From an uncultured delta proteobacterium (GTDB taxonomy: Bacteria > Desulfobacterota > RBG-13-43-22): a stretch of DNA of 64,000 nucleotides. The stretch is taken from assembly GCA_963843145.1 (NCBI GenBank), contig CAWJJC010000022.1, forward strand, positions 384,001 through 448,000. Direction: 5' to 3'. Under the pieces are notes generated by a model. That model was not told where the DNA came from and searched no databases. It was given only the letters and a program-made list of their open reading frames with translations. Shown here piece by piece: positions 9,773 to 18,715 of this stretch. Both the position numbers and the translations under genes were made by a program. The stretch's first letter is position 1. Every line of letters begins with the position of its first letter.

Positions 9773-11062
9773 ATGCCAAACACCTTCATGCCTTCTTTTC
9801 ATTCCCTTGAGGAATTAGCCGCCCATCAACTTAAGGGCCTGCAATGGACCGTCAACCATGCCTATGGCGGATCGGCTTTCTACCGAAATAAATTCGAAGA
9901 AGCCGGAATCCAGCCTGAAGATATCAAATCGTTGGACGATATCCGACGGCTGCCTTTTGTCACCGCCCAGGACCTGCGGGACGGGTATCCCTTTCCGCTG
10001 CTTTCGGTCCCCTTGGAACAAGTGGTCCGCATCCACGCCTCCTCCGGCACAACCGGGAAGCGGAAAATCCTGGCCTATACCCAGAAAGACATCGACGATT
10101 GGGCCCATTTTTTTGCGCGCTGTTACGAGATGGCCGGATTGTCCCGCGAGGACCGGGTCCAGATCGCCGTGGGCTACGGGGTCTGGACCGCCGGCGTCGG
10201 TTTTCAATTGGGCTGCGAAAGGTTCGGAGCCCTGGCCATCCCGATAGGACCCGGCAATATCGATCTCCAATGCCAGTTTCTGGAAGACCTGCAGTCCACG
10301 GTCCTTTGCTGTACCGCTTCCATGGCCCTGCTGATGGCCGAGGAGGTGGAAAAGCGGGGGCTACGAGGAAAAATCGCTTTAAAAAAAATCATCTTTGGTT
10401 CGGAACGAAGCAGTGCGGCCCAACGAAAGCGCATCCAAGAACTGCTGGGGCTGGAAGAACTGTTTGATATCCCGGGATTGACGGAACTCTACGGTCCGGG
10501 AACCGGGTTGGACTGCGTTCGTCACGAGGGTATTCATTATTGGGCCGATTATTATCTGCTTGAACTGCTGGACCCCTTGTCCCTGGAACCGGTGGAACCC
10601 GGCCAGACCGGAGAAATGGTGGTCACCACCTTGTGGAAGGAGGCGGCGCCCTTAATCCGTTACCGAACCCGGGACCTGACCCGGTTGATCGCCGGCCCCT
10701 GCTCCTGCGGGAATATCCTGCCTCGGCACGACCGGATCTTGGGGCGTTCCGACGACATGATTATATTTCGGGGCGTCAATCTCTATCCGGCCCAATTGGA
10801 TCATATCCTTTCGGAAATCCCCGAGGTGGGCAGTGAATATCAGATCCATTTAAACCGGGGGACGGACGGGAAAGATACCCTGCTGGTCCGCCTCGAACGG
10901 GCCGGCGGAGAAGACGCGGCTCGGGATAGCGATCTCGCCAAAAAGATTGAAGCGCGCATCAAACAGCAGGTCTTGGTCAGCGCCCGGATTGAGCTGGTCG
11001 ACTACGGGATGCTGCCCCGATCGGAACGGAAGTCGAAGAGGGTTTTCGACAGCAGGATATAA
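9773..11062 (+). CDS. Phenylacetate-CoA ligase family (PaaK-like aryl-acetate CoA ligase)
   Basis: 'RIHASSGTTGK', 'GLTELYGPG', 'PLIRYRTRD', 'GRSDDMIIFRGVN', C-terminal 'KSKRVFD'. Confidence 0.92.
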   Translation: MPNTFMPSFHSLEELAAHQLKGLQWTVNHAYGGSAFYRNKFEEAGIQPEDIKSLDDIRRLPFVTAQDLRDGYPFPLLSVPLEQVVRIHASSGTTGKRKILAYTQKDIDDWAHFFARCYEMAGLSREDRVQIAVGYGVWTAGVGFQLGCERFGALAIPIGPGNIDLQCQFLEDLQSTVLCCTASMALLMAEEVEKRGLRGKIALKKIIFGSERSSAAQRKRIQELLGLEELFDIPGLTELYGPGTGLDCVRHEGIHYWADYYLLELLDPLSLEPVEPGQTGEMVVTTLWKEAAPLIRYRTRDLTRLIAGPCSCGNILPRHDRILGRSDDMIIFRGVNLYPAQLDHILSEIPEVGSEYQIHLNRGTDGKDTLLVRLERAGGEDAARDSDLAKKIEARIKQQVLVSARIELVDYGMLPRSERKSKRVFDSRI

Positions 11063-11145
11063 GCCGGCGTGAGGAGGTGAAGGGGGCTAACTTGCAAGAA
11101 GGAGAGGGTAATTTCCAATAAATTTCAAAAAAGGAGGAAGAACAA

Positions 11146-12309
11146 ATGAAAAAACTGGGAATCTTTGCTTTGCTGGGTTTGTTGGTGCTGTGCTGGTCTT
11201 CGGCCTTTGCCGCGGAGCCGATTAAGATCGGCGCCTTTTATTCCTTATCCGGCCCGGCGGCCGCCATCGGGACTCCGACGAAACTGGTTACGCAGATGGT
11301 GGTGGAAAAAATCAACAAAGAGGGAGGAATCAACGGCCGGCCTATCGAGCTGGTTCTGGGGGATACCGAATCCGACCCCACGAAAGCGGTGATGGTTATC
11401 AAAAAGTTCATCAACGTGGACAAGGTAGCCGCCATCATCGGCCCGGACCGTACCGACCTGGGCATGGCCGTGAAAAAACTGGTCGAGGAGGCCGAGATTC
11501 CCACCTTCATGACCGTGGGCGGAGATCCGGTGATCATGGGCGGCGGTCCGCTGGGGACGTTCAAATGGGTCTTCAAGTCTCCCCAGCGCAGTTCGACCGC
11601 AGTTGAAAAAGTTTACCAGTATCTGCAGAAGAAGAACCTGAAGAAGATCGCTTTGATCACCGCCTCGGACGGCTTCGGCAAGGACGGCAAGCGTTGGTTG
11701 GAAAAACTGGCCTCCCAACATGGACTGACCATTATTGCCGATGAGTCCTTTAATCCCAAGGATACGGATATGACCTCCCAGTTGACTAAGATCAAGGCCG
11801 CCAATCCCGAGGCGATCATCTGCTGGACTATTGGCCCGGCCGGAGCGATCGTGGCCAAGAACGTGAAGCAACTTAATATCAATACGCCTCTGTTCCAGTG
11901 CCATGGTCTGCCGGATCCTAAATATATTGAGCTGGCCGGATCGGCCGCCGAAGGGAACATGATGCCCTCCACCAAGCTCATGGCCTGGGAGCAGCTCTCC
12001 GACAAGGATCCCCAGAAGAAGGTCATCAAGGAATTTGTCCACCTGTATAATGATGTCTATCACCACGATAAACAGTTTGCCATCAATGCCCACTCGGGCT
12101 ATGCCTGGGATGCCATCTATATTGTGGCCAATGCCATGAAGAAGGTGGGCACCGAAAAAAATAAGTTACGGGACGCCATCGAACATACCAAGAATTATGT
12201 CGGCGTCAGCGGAATCTACAATTTGACTCCCGAAGACCACAATGGTTTGGGCACCGATTCCATGATCATGGTGCGCATTGAGAACGGGAAGTGGAAGCTG
12301 GTCGAATAA
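11146..12309 (+). CDS. ABC transporter substrate-binding protein (LivJ/Leu-binding family)
   Basis: Signal peptide; 'PIKIG..SLSGPAA', 'INKEGGINGRPIEL', 'DMTSQLTKIK'. Confidence 0.92.
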   Translation: MKKLGIFALLGLLVLCWSSAFAAEPIKIGAFYSLSGPAAAIGTPTKLVTQMVVEKINKEGGINGRPIELVLGDTESDPTKAVMVIKKFINVDKVAAIIGPDRTDLGMAVKKLVEEAEIPTFMTVGGDPVIMGGGPLGTFKWVFKSPQRSSTAVEKVYQYLQKKNLKKIALITASDGFGKDGKRWLEKLASQHGLTIIADESFNPKDTDMTSQLTKIKAANPEAIICWTIGPAGAIVAKNVKQLNINTPLFQCHGLPDPKYIELAGSAAEGNMMPSTKLMAWEQLSDKDPQKKVIKEFVHLYNDVYHHDKQFAINAHSGYAWDAIYIVANAMKKVGTEKNKLRDAIEHTKNYVGVSGIYNLTPEDHNGLGTDSMIMVRIENGKWKLVE

Positions 12310-12312
12310 AAT

Positions 12313-12408
12313 CAGGTACAAGGTGCAGGGCGCAAGGCTCAAGGTAAAACATAAAAGAAGTTATCCTATAAGCCTTCTGCCTTGCGCTCGTGCCTTGCAC
12401 CCTGAGCC
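12313..12408. repeat. Heptamer-repeat palindrome (aggtgca/gggcgca/aggctca ... tgcgc/tgcacc/tgagcc)
   Basis: Tandem 7-mers 'aggtaca aggtgca gggcgca aggctca' mirrored downstream by 'ccttgcgctcgtgccttgcaccctgagcc'. Confidence 0.65.
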
Positions 12409-12444
12409 AACTCCTGTTGGGAAAAATTGCCAGAAAGGATTTTC

Positions 12445-13320
12445 ATGCCTTCTTTCGAATACTTGAGACCAAAGTCCATTAATGAAGCCATTTCACTTTT
12501 GGAGTCCCATGGCGAAAAGGGTCGCTATATCGCCGGGGGTACCGATGTGATCGTTAAAATCAAAGAAAGGAAGATGACGCCGGAGTACTTGATTTCCCTG
12601 CGCCATATCCCCGACCTGGCCTATATCCACCGGGACCCGGAAGGCATCTTGCGTCTCGGCGCCCTGACCACCCACCGGATGCTGGAGCAATCGTCCTTGA
12701 TCCGTCGCTATTATCCCTGTATCTCCGATGCCGTCGAGCATATCGGGTCGGTGCAAATTCGCAATGTGGCCACCATCGGGGGCAACATCTGCAATGCCGT
12801 CCCCTCCGCCGATGGGGTGATCCCTTTGCTCATCCTGGGTGCCCAGGTAACCCTGGCGGGACCCAAAGGGAAACGTTCCCTGCCGCTGAAAAGTTTTTTT
12901 CTGGGGCCGGGCCTGACCTTGATGGAGCCGGGGGAGATATTGACCGAATTTTTTATTCCACCGCTGCCGGCGAACAGCAGCGGCGGCTATGTCAAGCATA
13001 CCCGGCGGGAGGCCATGGAGCTGCCCATCGTGGGCGTAGGCTGTTTCCTGGCCCTGAGTCCGGATCTGAAAACTTGCGCCAAGGCCCGGTTCGGACTGGG
13101 CGTGGCCGCTCCCACTCCTATCCGCGCTTATTTGGCCGAAGAATTTTTGGAGGGGCAGGAAATCAGCGAAGCCACCCTGACCGAAGCCGGCTTGATCGCC
13201 GCCAAGGAAACCAAAGTCCGCGACAGTATCCGCGGACAGGCCTGGTATCGCCGGGAAATGGTGGAGACCCTGGTCCGGCGAATGGGTTTAAAAGTGCTGG
13301 AAAGAATTAAGAATAAATAA
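12445..13320 (+). CDS. Xanthine dehydrogenase family Mo-hydroxylase, FAD-binding subunit (CoxM-like)
   Basis: 'IAGGTD', 'LGALTT', 'IGSVQIRNVATIGGN', 'PSAD'; ATG at 12445 preferred over TTG at 12427. Confidence 0.92.
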   Translation: MPSFEYLRPKSINEAISLLESHGEKGRYIAGGTDVIVKIKERKMTPEYLISLRHIPDLAYIHRDPEGILRLGALTTHRMLEQSSLIRRYYPCISDAVEHIGSVQIRNVATIGGNICNAVPSADGVIPLLILGAQVTLAGPKGKRSLPLKSFFLGPGLTLMEPGEILTEFFIPPLPANSSGGYVKHTRREAMELPIVGVGCFLALSPDLKTCAKARFGLGVAAPTPIRAYLAEEFLEGQEISEATLTEAGLIAAKETKVRDSIRGQAWYRREMVETLVRRMGLKVLERIKNK

Positions 13321-13356
13321 TCTTAGCATTCCTATTCAGGAGGTTCTAATCTTATT

Positions 13357-13855
13357 ATGCAAAAAATGGTTTTTAAATTAAACGGCCATCCGCTGGAGAC
13401 CCTGGTGGAACCCCACTGGACCCTATTGGAATTATTACGGGACCATCTGGAACTTACCGGGACCAAGGAGGGCTGCGGGCAAGGGGAATGCGGGGCCTGT
13501 ACGGTATTGCTGGACGGTCTGGCGGTCAACGCCTGCCTTTTCCCGGTGCTGGAGGCTGAAGGACGGGAGGTGACCACCATCGAAGGACTGGCCGGCTGCG
13601 GATGGATCCCTCCATCCCCTCCAGGAGGCCTTTATTAACTATGGGGCCGTTCAGTGCGGTTTCTGCACCCCGGGAATGATCTTGTCGGCCAAGGCGCTTC
13701 TGGACGAAAATCCCCATCCGGCGGAAGACGATATCCGGACAGCCCTGGCAGGCAATTTCTGCCGTTGCACCGGCTACGCCCAGATCATCCAGGCCGTTCA
13801 GTCGTTAAGCGCCTATGAAGAAAAGGACGTGGAGTTCATAACCCGGGAGACCTAG
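13357..13855 (+). CDS. Mo-hydroxylase 2x[2Fe-2S] subunit (CoxS-like), interrupted by a one-base frameshift near 13594
   Basis: Frame 1 gives 'TKEGCGQGECGACTV..NAC..TTIEGL'; the shifted frame continues 'DGSLHPLQEAF..QCGFCTPGM..GNFCRCTGY' to TAG at 13853-13855. Confidence 0.9.
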
Positions 13856-13859
13856 AACC

Positions 13860-13962
13860 ACGGATACTGGATAAAAGCGAAAGACGATGCTGGATACTGG
13901 ATGCTGAAAAGCAGGCCATTATCCCGCGGTCATTGCGAGGAGTGAAGCGACGAAGCAATCTC
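13860..13962. repeat. gat(a/g)ctg heptamer run followed by a REP-like half element
   Basis: 'gatactg', 'gatgctg gatactg gatgctg' units, then gtcattgcgaggagtgaagcgacgaagcaatc, shared in inverted form with 9699-9730. Confidence 0.7.
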
Positions 13963-14033
13963 CAAGGAACCGAGAGTTGCTATTTTCGAAGGTTGTCATC
14001 AAATTCTGAGAAACGATAAGAGACGAGGGACTT

Positions 14034-16304
14034 ATGGAAGAACTACAGGTCGTAGGTCAACGGATTCCCAAGCGGGATGCGTTAGATAAGGTTACCGGCC
14101 GGGCCCGGTATATCCAGGACGTGAAGCTGCCGGGGATGCTCTATGGAAGGATTCTTTACAGCAAATATCCGCATGCCAAAATAGAAAAAATCGATACCTC
14201 CCGTGCGGAAAAACTTCCCGGGGTCCGGGCAGTGTTGACCGGCGACCAACTTCCACCGCTCAAATTCGGGTTTTATAAAGACAACACGCCGCTCAAAACC
14301 GGCAAGGTGCGGTCCTATCGCGACGAAGTGGCCGCCGTGGCGGCCATTGATCCGGAAATCGCCCGGGAGGCCCTGAACTTAATCGAAGTGACCTATAGCC
14401 CGCTGCCGGCCCTCTTCGACCCGGAGGAGGCCCTGAAGGAAGGGGCCCCGCTGATCCATGAAGCGCATAAGTCCAATCTGCTCAAACTGCCCTGGAAACT
14501 CATCTGCGGCGATGTGGAGGAGTCGCGTAAAAATTCGGACTTTGTGGCCCAGGACCGGTTCAAAGTCACCTGGGTGACCCATTGCTGCCTGGGCACCAGC
14601 GGCTGCATCGCCGACTTCGATTTGCGCAACAACCTGACCATGTACAGCAATACCCAGATCCCCTCGCTGGCCCAGAAAGATTACCTGGAATTCTTGAAGG
14701 CCCTGGGGTTGAAGGAATCCCGGGTCCGGATCATCCAGACCTTCATCGGCGGGGCCTTCGGCAGCAAGCTGGACACCTATGCCTATGAGTACATCGCCAT
14801 CCTGCTGGCCCGGGCCGTCCGTAAACCGATCAAGATCATCTTTGACCGCCAGGAGGAATTCAAGGCCACCTCCACCCGCCAGCCGGCGATCATCGATATC
14901 GCCCAGGGCTGCACCCGGGAAGGCCAGCTCACCTTCCGCGACCTGACCATGATTCTCGATAACGGGGCCTACACTTCCTGGGGAGCGACGACCCCTTCGG
15001 TCATGATGATGCCCATCTCCTCCCTCTACCGAGTCCCGAATATCCGCTTTATCGCCCAGTGCGTCTATACCAACAACACCTATAGTCAAGCCATGCGGGG
15101 CTACGGCAATCCCCAGGCCACGTTCGCCATCGAAAGCCAGTTGGACACCCTGGCCGAAAAGGCCGGGATCGATCCCTATGAATTTCGGCGTCTGAACAGC
15201 AACACCCCGGGTGAAATCAGCCCTCAGGGCCTTAAAATAACCAGTTGCGGCCTCCCGGCCTGTCTGGAATCCGTGGCTCGGGAACTGAACTGGACGGAAA
15301 AAAGAGGGCGGCAGAAAAACCGTGGGGTGGGGATGGCTTCCCTGATCCATGTGGGCGGCGGGGCCCGGGTGTACAAATCCGACGGCTGCGGGACCATCAT
15401 CAAGATGGACGACTACGGCAAGGTGGATGTTTTTACCGGGGCCAGCGAAATGGGACAGGGATCGGAAACGGTGATCGCCCAGATCGTCGCCGAAGAATTA
15501 GGGCTGACGGTGGAGGACATCAACGTGATCAACCAGGATACCGACGTCTGCCCCTGGGACGTGGGCGCTCACGCCAGCCGGACCACCTTTGTGGCCGGCA
15601 ACTCCGCCCTGTTGGCCGCCCGCCAGGTGAAGGACCGGATTCTGGAAATCGCCTCCCGGGAACTCGAGGCCCATCAGGCCGATTTGATTTTGAGCGGTCG
15701 AAAGGTCTCCGTCAAGGGCAGCCCCGACCGGTCCCTCACGCTGGAGAAGGTCTTGCGCAAGGCCCACTACAGCCCCGGGGGCACGATGATCATGGGGGAA
15801 TATTTTTACGATCCAGCCAATGAAAACCTCGACCGGGAGTTCAAGGGGAATATGTCCATGGCCTACGCCTTCGGGGTCCACGGGGTGGAAGTCGAAGTGG
15901 ATCCGGAAACCGGCAAGGTCAAGATCCTGAACTACGTGGCCGCCCACGATGTGGGCCGGGCCATCAATCCTTTGCTCCTCGAGGGGCAGGTCTACGGCGG
16001 GATCGCCATGGGGGTGGGCTATGCCCTGAGCGAACAGCTCATTCTGCATAAAGGCGAGGTCATGAACGCCAATTTCCGGGATTACAAAATGCTCACCGCC
16101 AAGGACCGGATTCCGATCAAGGCCCTGGTGGTCGAAACCGACGACCCGGCCGGCCCCTTCGGCGCCAAAGGCATCGGTGAGCCGGGCTGCGTGCCCACCG
16201 CCCCGGCCATCGCCAACGCCATCTACGACGCCATCGGGGTCCGGATCCATGATTTGCCGATCACCCCGGAAAAGATCGTGGCGGCGTTGAAGCAGAAAAA
16301 ATAA
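14034..16304 (+). CDS. Xanthine dehydrogenase family Mo-hydroxylase, molybdopterin-binding large subunit
   Basis: 'DKVTGRARY', 'GGAFGSK', 'AMRGYGNPQ', 'EMGQG', 'HASRTT', 'HDVGRAINP', 'GAKGIGE' with the catalytic Glu. Confidence 0.93.
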   Translation: MEELQVVGQRIPKRDALDKVTGRARYIQDVKLPGMLYGRILYSKYPHAKIEKIDTSRAEKLPGVRAVLTGDQLPPLKFGFYKDNTPLKTGKVRSYRDEVAAVAAIDPEIAREALNLIEVTYSPLPALFDPEEALKEGAPLIHEAHKSNLLKLPWKLICGDVEESRKNSDFVAQDRFKVTWVTHCCLGTSGCIADFDLRNNLTMYSNTQIPSLAQKDYLEFLKALGLKESRVRIIQTFIGGAFGSKLDTYAYEYIAILLARAVRKPIKIIFDRQEEFKATSTRQPAIIDIAQGCTREGQLTFRDLTMILDNGAYTSWGATTPSVMMMPISSLYRVPNIRFIAQCVYTNNTYSQAMRGYGNPQATFAIESQLDTLAEKAGIDPYEFRRLNSNTPGEISPQGLKITSCGLPACLESVARELNWTEKRGRQKNRGVGMASLIHVGGGARVYKSDGCGTIIKMDDYGKVDVFTGASEMGQGSETVIAQIVAEELGLTVEDINVINQDTDVCPWDVGAHASRTTFVAGNSALLAARQVKDRILEIASRELEAHQADLILSGRKVSVKGSPDRSLTLEKVLRKAHYSPGGTMIMGEYFYDPANENLDREFKGNMSMAYAFGVHGVEVEVDPETGKVKILNYVAAHDVGRAINPLLLEGQVYGGIAMGVGYALSEQLILHKGEVMNANFRDYKMLTAKDRIPIKALVVETDDPAGPFGAKGIGEPGCVPTAPAIANAIYDAIGVRIHDLPITPEKIVAALKQKK

Positions 16305-16326
16305 GAAAGAATTCAGATGCAGGGAT

Positions 16327-16662
16327 TCAAACGGCTCGCCTTTTTTCCCTACGACCGTTCGATCGAGGCAGGCATTTGTCCAAGGTTTCACGAACGGCAT
16401 CGCGAAGAACGTCTGCCAGAGTAAGCCCCTGGGCAAACTGTCTTAATGCTTCGTTCATCAGAGTTTGGTAGTTGCCGCCAACCATTTCGGCACGGGCCTT
16501 GAAAATGGCCAATACATCACTATCAACCCTCATCGTGATGCGTGCCTTGTTGCCGGATTTGGCCTGCAGATTGAAAAGATGCGGGGTTTCGGCAACCGAT
16601 TTTGCTTCGGCAAAATCATACTCTTTAAATTTCTCGTATGCTTTATCGGAATTGATTTTCAT
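16327..16662 (-). CDS. BrnA-family antitoxin
   Basis: 'KARITMRVDSDVLAIFKARA..GGNYQTLMNEALR' matches the BrnA RHH pattern; GGAGG RBS before ATG 16662. Confidence 0.85.
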   Translation of the reverse strand: MKINSDKAYEKFKEYDFAEAKSVAETPHLFNLQAKSGNKARITMRVDSDVLAIFKARAEMVGGNYQTLMNEALRQFAQGLTLADVLRDAVRETLDKCLPRSNGRREKRRAV

Positions 16663-16690
16663 AACGCCTCCGTTGCGGTCGAACCTTTTT

Positions 16691-16756
16691 TTATTCGTAG
16701 TATTGGGCCGCCTCTCGGAATTCCTTGTCGGCTTCGGGAAGAAATTCAATGTTCAT
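16691..16756 (-). pseudogene. Truncated RelE/ParE toxin (21 aa: MNIEFLPEADKEFREAAQYYE*)
   Basis: ATG overlaps the antitoxin stop (ATGA); the sequence resembles the N-terminus of ParE-family toxins and stops at TAA. Confidence 0.75.
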
Positions 16757-16983
16757 GAAATGTCTTTAATCGCCCGTTGGAATACCTCTTCGGCCGGAAT
16801 CCCCCTAACTTTTCCCTCGCGATATTCTTGAAGACGACGCTCAGCCTCGGCTATCCAGAGTTTTTCTATCTCTTCTTCAGAGAGCTCTTCCAAGCTAAGG
16901 AGGATCTTTGCGGCCAGTTGCCCCCGTTCGTCAAGGCTGAGTTCATTCAAAATGGCCATGGCTTCTTCGAGTTTCTTGGACAT
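16753..16983 (-). CDS. Putative addiction module antitoxin component (TIGR02574-like)
   Basis: 'LSLDERGQLAAKILLSL...LWIAEAERRLQEYREGKVRGIPAEEVF'; AGGAG RBS. Confidence 0.85.
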   Translation of the reverse strand: MSKKLEEAMAILNELSLDERGQLAAKILLSLEELSEEEIEKLWIAEAERRLQEYREGKVRGIPAEEVFQRAIKDIS

Positions 16984-17126
16984 TTTTTGATTCTCCTTTT
17001 CAAGCCGCCCTGACTGCGGGTTTACTCTTGGCGAATCCTTGTGTAGCCTGAACCTCATTTCTAATCGCAAACGACCTTACAAGTCGTCTCAATCTTTGTC
17101 GTTTCGGTGACACTATATGCTCTGTC

Positions 17127-17687
17127 TTAGGAAACCGGGACCGTTCCATCCCTTTGGACATCCCAATATTTTGGTTGATTAGGCACAAGCTTCCCCTGTT
17201 CAATACTGACCGCAAAGATCTCCTTTTCAACTATAGCAAGAGCCTGAAGGTTCTGCTTGGCTAACTGTTTGAATGGAATTTCCCCAACCTTTGGATTCGT
17301 GTGATGAACGTCATTTCGGAAACTTGTCCAAATTCTTTCCGAAGCGTGCGCGCAGCCTTGCGAAATAATTCGTTTCAAGACAAGTATTTCCATGAGAAAC
17401 TGATGATCCTTATCTTGGATGCTATTCCGTTCGGCAAGGAACTTGAGGATTCCCTCGTTGACAGCCTGACTTGCCATAACAGTTGCAATAAAATGCCCAT
17501 CACGATAGAGATCGATGCATTCTGATGATGCCGCTGCGAAGTAGTGGCTTCCAATGATGTGCTGGTGATCTATTTCAAGGTAGCGGTCAACTTTCTCGTC
17601 AAGAGTTTGCTCACAAGCCTGGCGCAGATCCTCCTTGAGTTGCGCTCGACGAATGGCCTGCATCGCCTTTTCATTATTTGAGTACAT
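17127..17687 (-). CDS. Hypothetical protein, HEPN/DUF4145-like
   Basis: Helical protein with 'YRDGHFIATVMASQAVNEGIL' and an RX4H motif ('RNDVHH'); AT-richer composition. Confidence 0.55.
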   Translation of the reverse strand: MYSNNEKAMQAIRRAQLKEDLRQACEQTLDEKVDRYLEIDHQHIIGSHYFAAASSECIDLYRDGHFIATVMASQAVNEGILKFLAERNSIQDKDHQFLMEILVLKRIISQGCAHASERIWTSFRNDVHHTNPKVGEIPFKQLAKQNLQALAIVEKEIFAVSIEQGKLVPNQPKYWDVQRDGTVPVS

Positions 17688-17755
17688 TTTATTTTATCGA
17701 GCGAAAAAATGAACGCCGGTCTTGAAGCAGCCGTTGATATAATCGACTCCCATGA

Positions 17756-18202
17756 TTACTCATTTCTTATCAATTTAGTCAGTGTCTTGTCCATTAGAAC
17801 ATCGCGCAAAGAGTTAGTAATAATACTTGCTTCTGATTCAAGACGGCTGATTTCTTTCTTGTCATTTTCGTCAATTTGGTCTGTTGATCCTTCTCGCAGG
17901 TTACACAAATTATCGATGAATTTCACTATTTTTTCCTTCAGTTCTTCATCATCTATTAGCAGCGTGGCTTCTGAAGCAACCGCCACTGTCTCGAGTATGT
18001 CCTCCCGACTGTCCCTTAATCCAAGGGTTGCAAAGTCTCCCGACAGTTCCCTAAAGACTCTAAGCCTTTGGTCCCGAAGCCATCGGATGCTTTCATTCCG
18101 CAAAACGGTTTTTTGCAACCAAAGTATGTCGAAAAGCTTTGAAATGACGATACCAAGTACACTACCAATGCCAAGGATACTGACGAATTCAGTCCATACC
18201 AT
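17756..18202 (-). CDS. Hypothetical protein with N-terminal transmembrane helix
   Basis: Open frame with hydrophobic 'FVSILGIGSVLGIVISKLF' then charged helices; the start codon is uncertain. Confidence 0.6.
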   Translation of the reverse strand: MVWTEFVSILGIGSVLGIVISKLFDILWLQKTVLRNESIRWLRDQRLRVFRELSGDFATLGLRDSREDILETVAVASEATLLIDDEELKEKIVKFIDNLCNLREGSTDQIDENDKKEISRLESEASIITNSLRDVLMDKTLTKLIRNE

Positions 18203-18264
18203 ACCGTGTGCCTTGTAATGAGGGGAATTACTAATCCGAGATGGTTCCCAGGCAATAGGCGGAC

Positions 18265-18298
18265 AAAAAAACCCCATCGCTCAAACGAGAAATGGGGT
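18265..18298 (-). terminator. Rho-independent terminator
   Basis: Minus strand reads accccat...atgggg followed by a T run. Confidence 0.7.
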
Positions 18299-18376
18299 CA
18301 CCTGCCTCCATATTGCCTCCCGTAAAGGGTTTAAGAAAAAAACCGCCAAACGTTCTCAATAATTAAAAGATTATTT

Positions 18377-18405
18377 CTCATACCAAACTCCAGCCCACCT
18401 GTCAA
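18377..18405 (-). promoter_or_regulatory. Putative sigma70 promoter
   Basis: Minus strand TTGACA-17 nt-TATGAG with an extended TG; the -10 is imperfect. Confidence 0.45.
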
Positions 18406-18475
18406 TTCAAAGGGAAACCTCCTTGGAGGAGACGTATCCATTATTGGCCGTTACACGCAGGCTAAGCCTCCACAA

Positions 18476-18715
18476 GTGGCGGTCAACCGGCCTTTCCCAA
18501 CCTTTCGGCAATCCACTGGTTCAGGCTTTTGCCCGCCCCAGGTTCGGAAATCCCTGGGAATCGTGCCCGGAACCAAAGTCGACCTGGTGCGCCAGGAGGA
18601 CCTATTCGTTTTGGTGGCCGATCCCCTGGGACGGCTTAAAAAGAAATGGCGCGGTAAATATAGGAGTACTCAGACGACCGAACAATATATCGAAGAAATC
18701 CGGGGAAGCGTCTGA
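18476..18715 (+). pseudogene. AbrB/MazE-family antitoxin with a degraded N-terminus, followed by a VapC/PIN remnant
   Basis: 'QVRKSLGIVPGTKVDLV..LFVL' is the AbrB swapped-hairpin pattern; its stop overlaps an ATG (TGATG) giving 'MRVCIVNIFRR*', resembling a broken PIN start (M.V.IDTNIF). Confidence 0.6.

Noticed and set aside
12445-16304. Mo-enzyme as aerobic CO dehydrogenase or 4-hydroxybenzoyl-CoA reductase
   Set aside because: It lacks the CoxL AYRCSFR loop, and the FAD subunit has no [4Fe-4S] insertion after GGN as found in HcrB.
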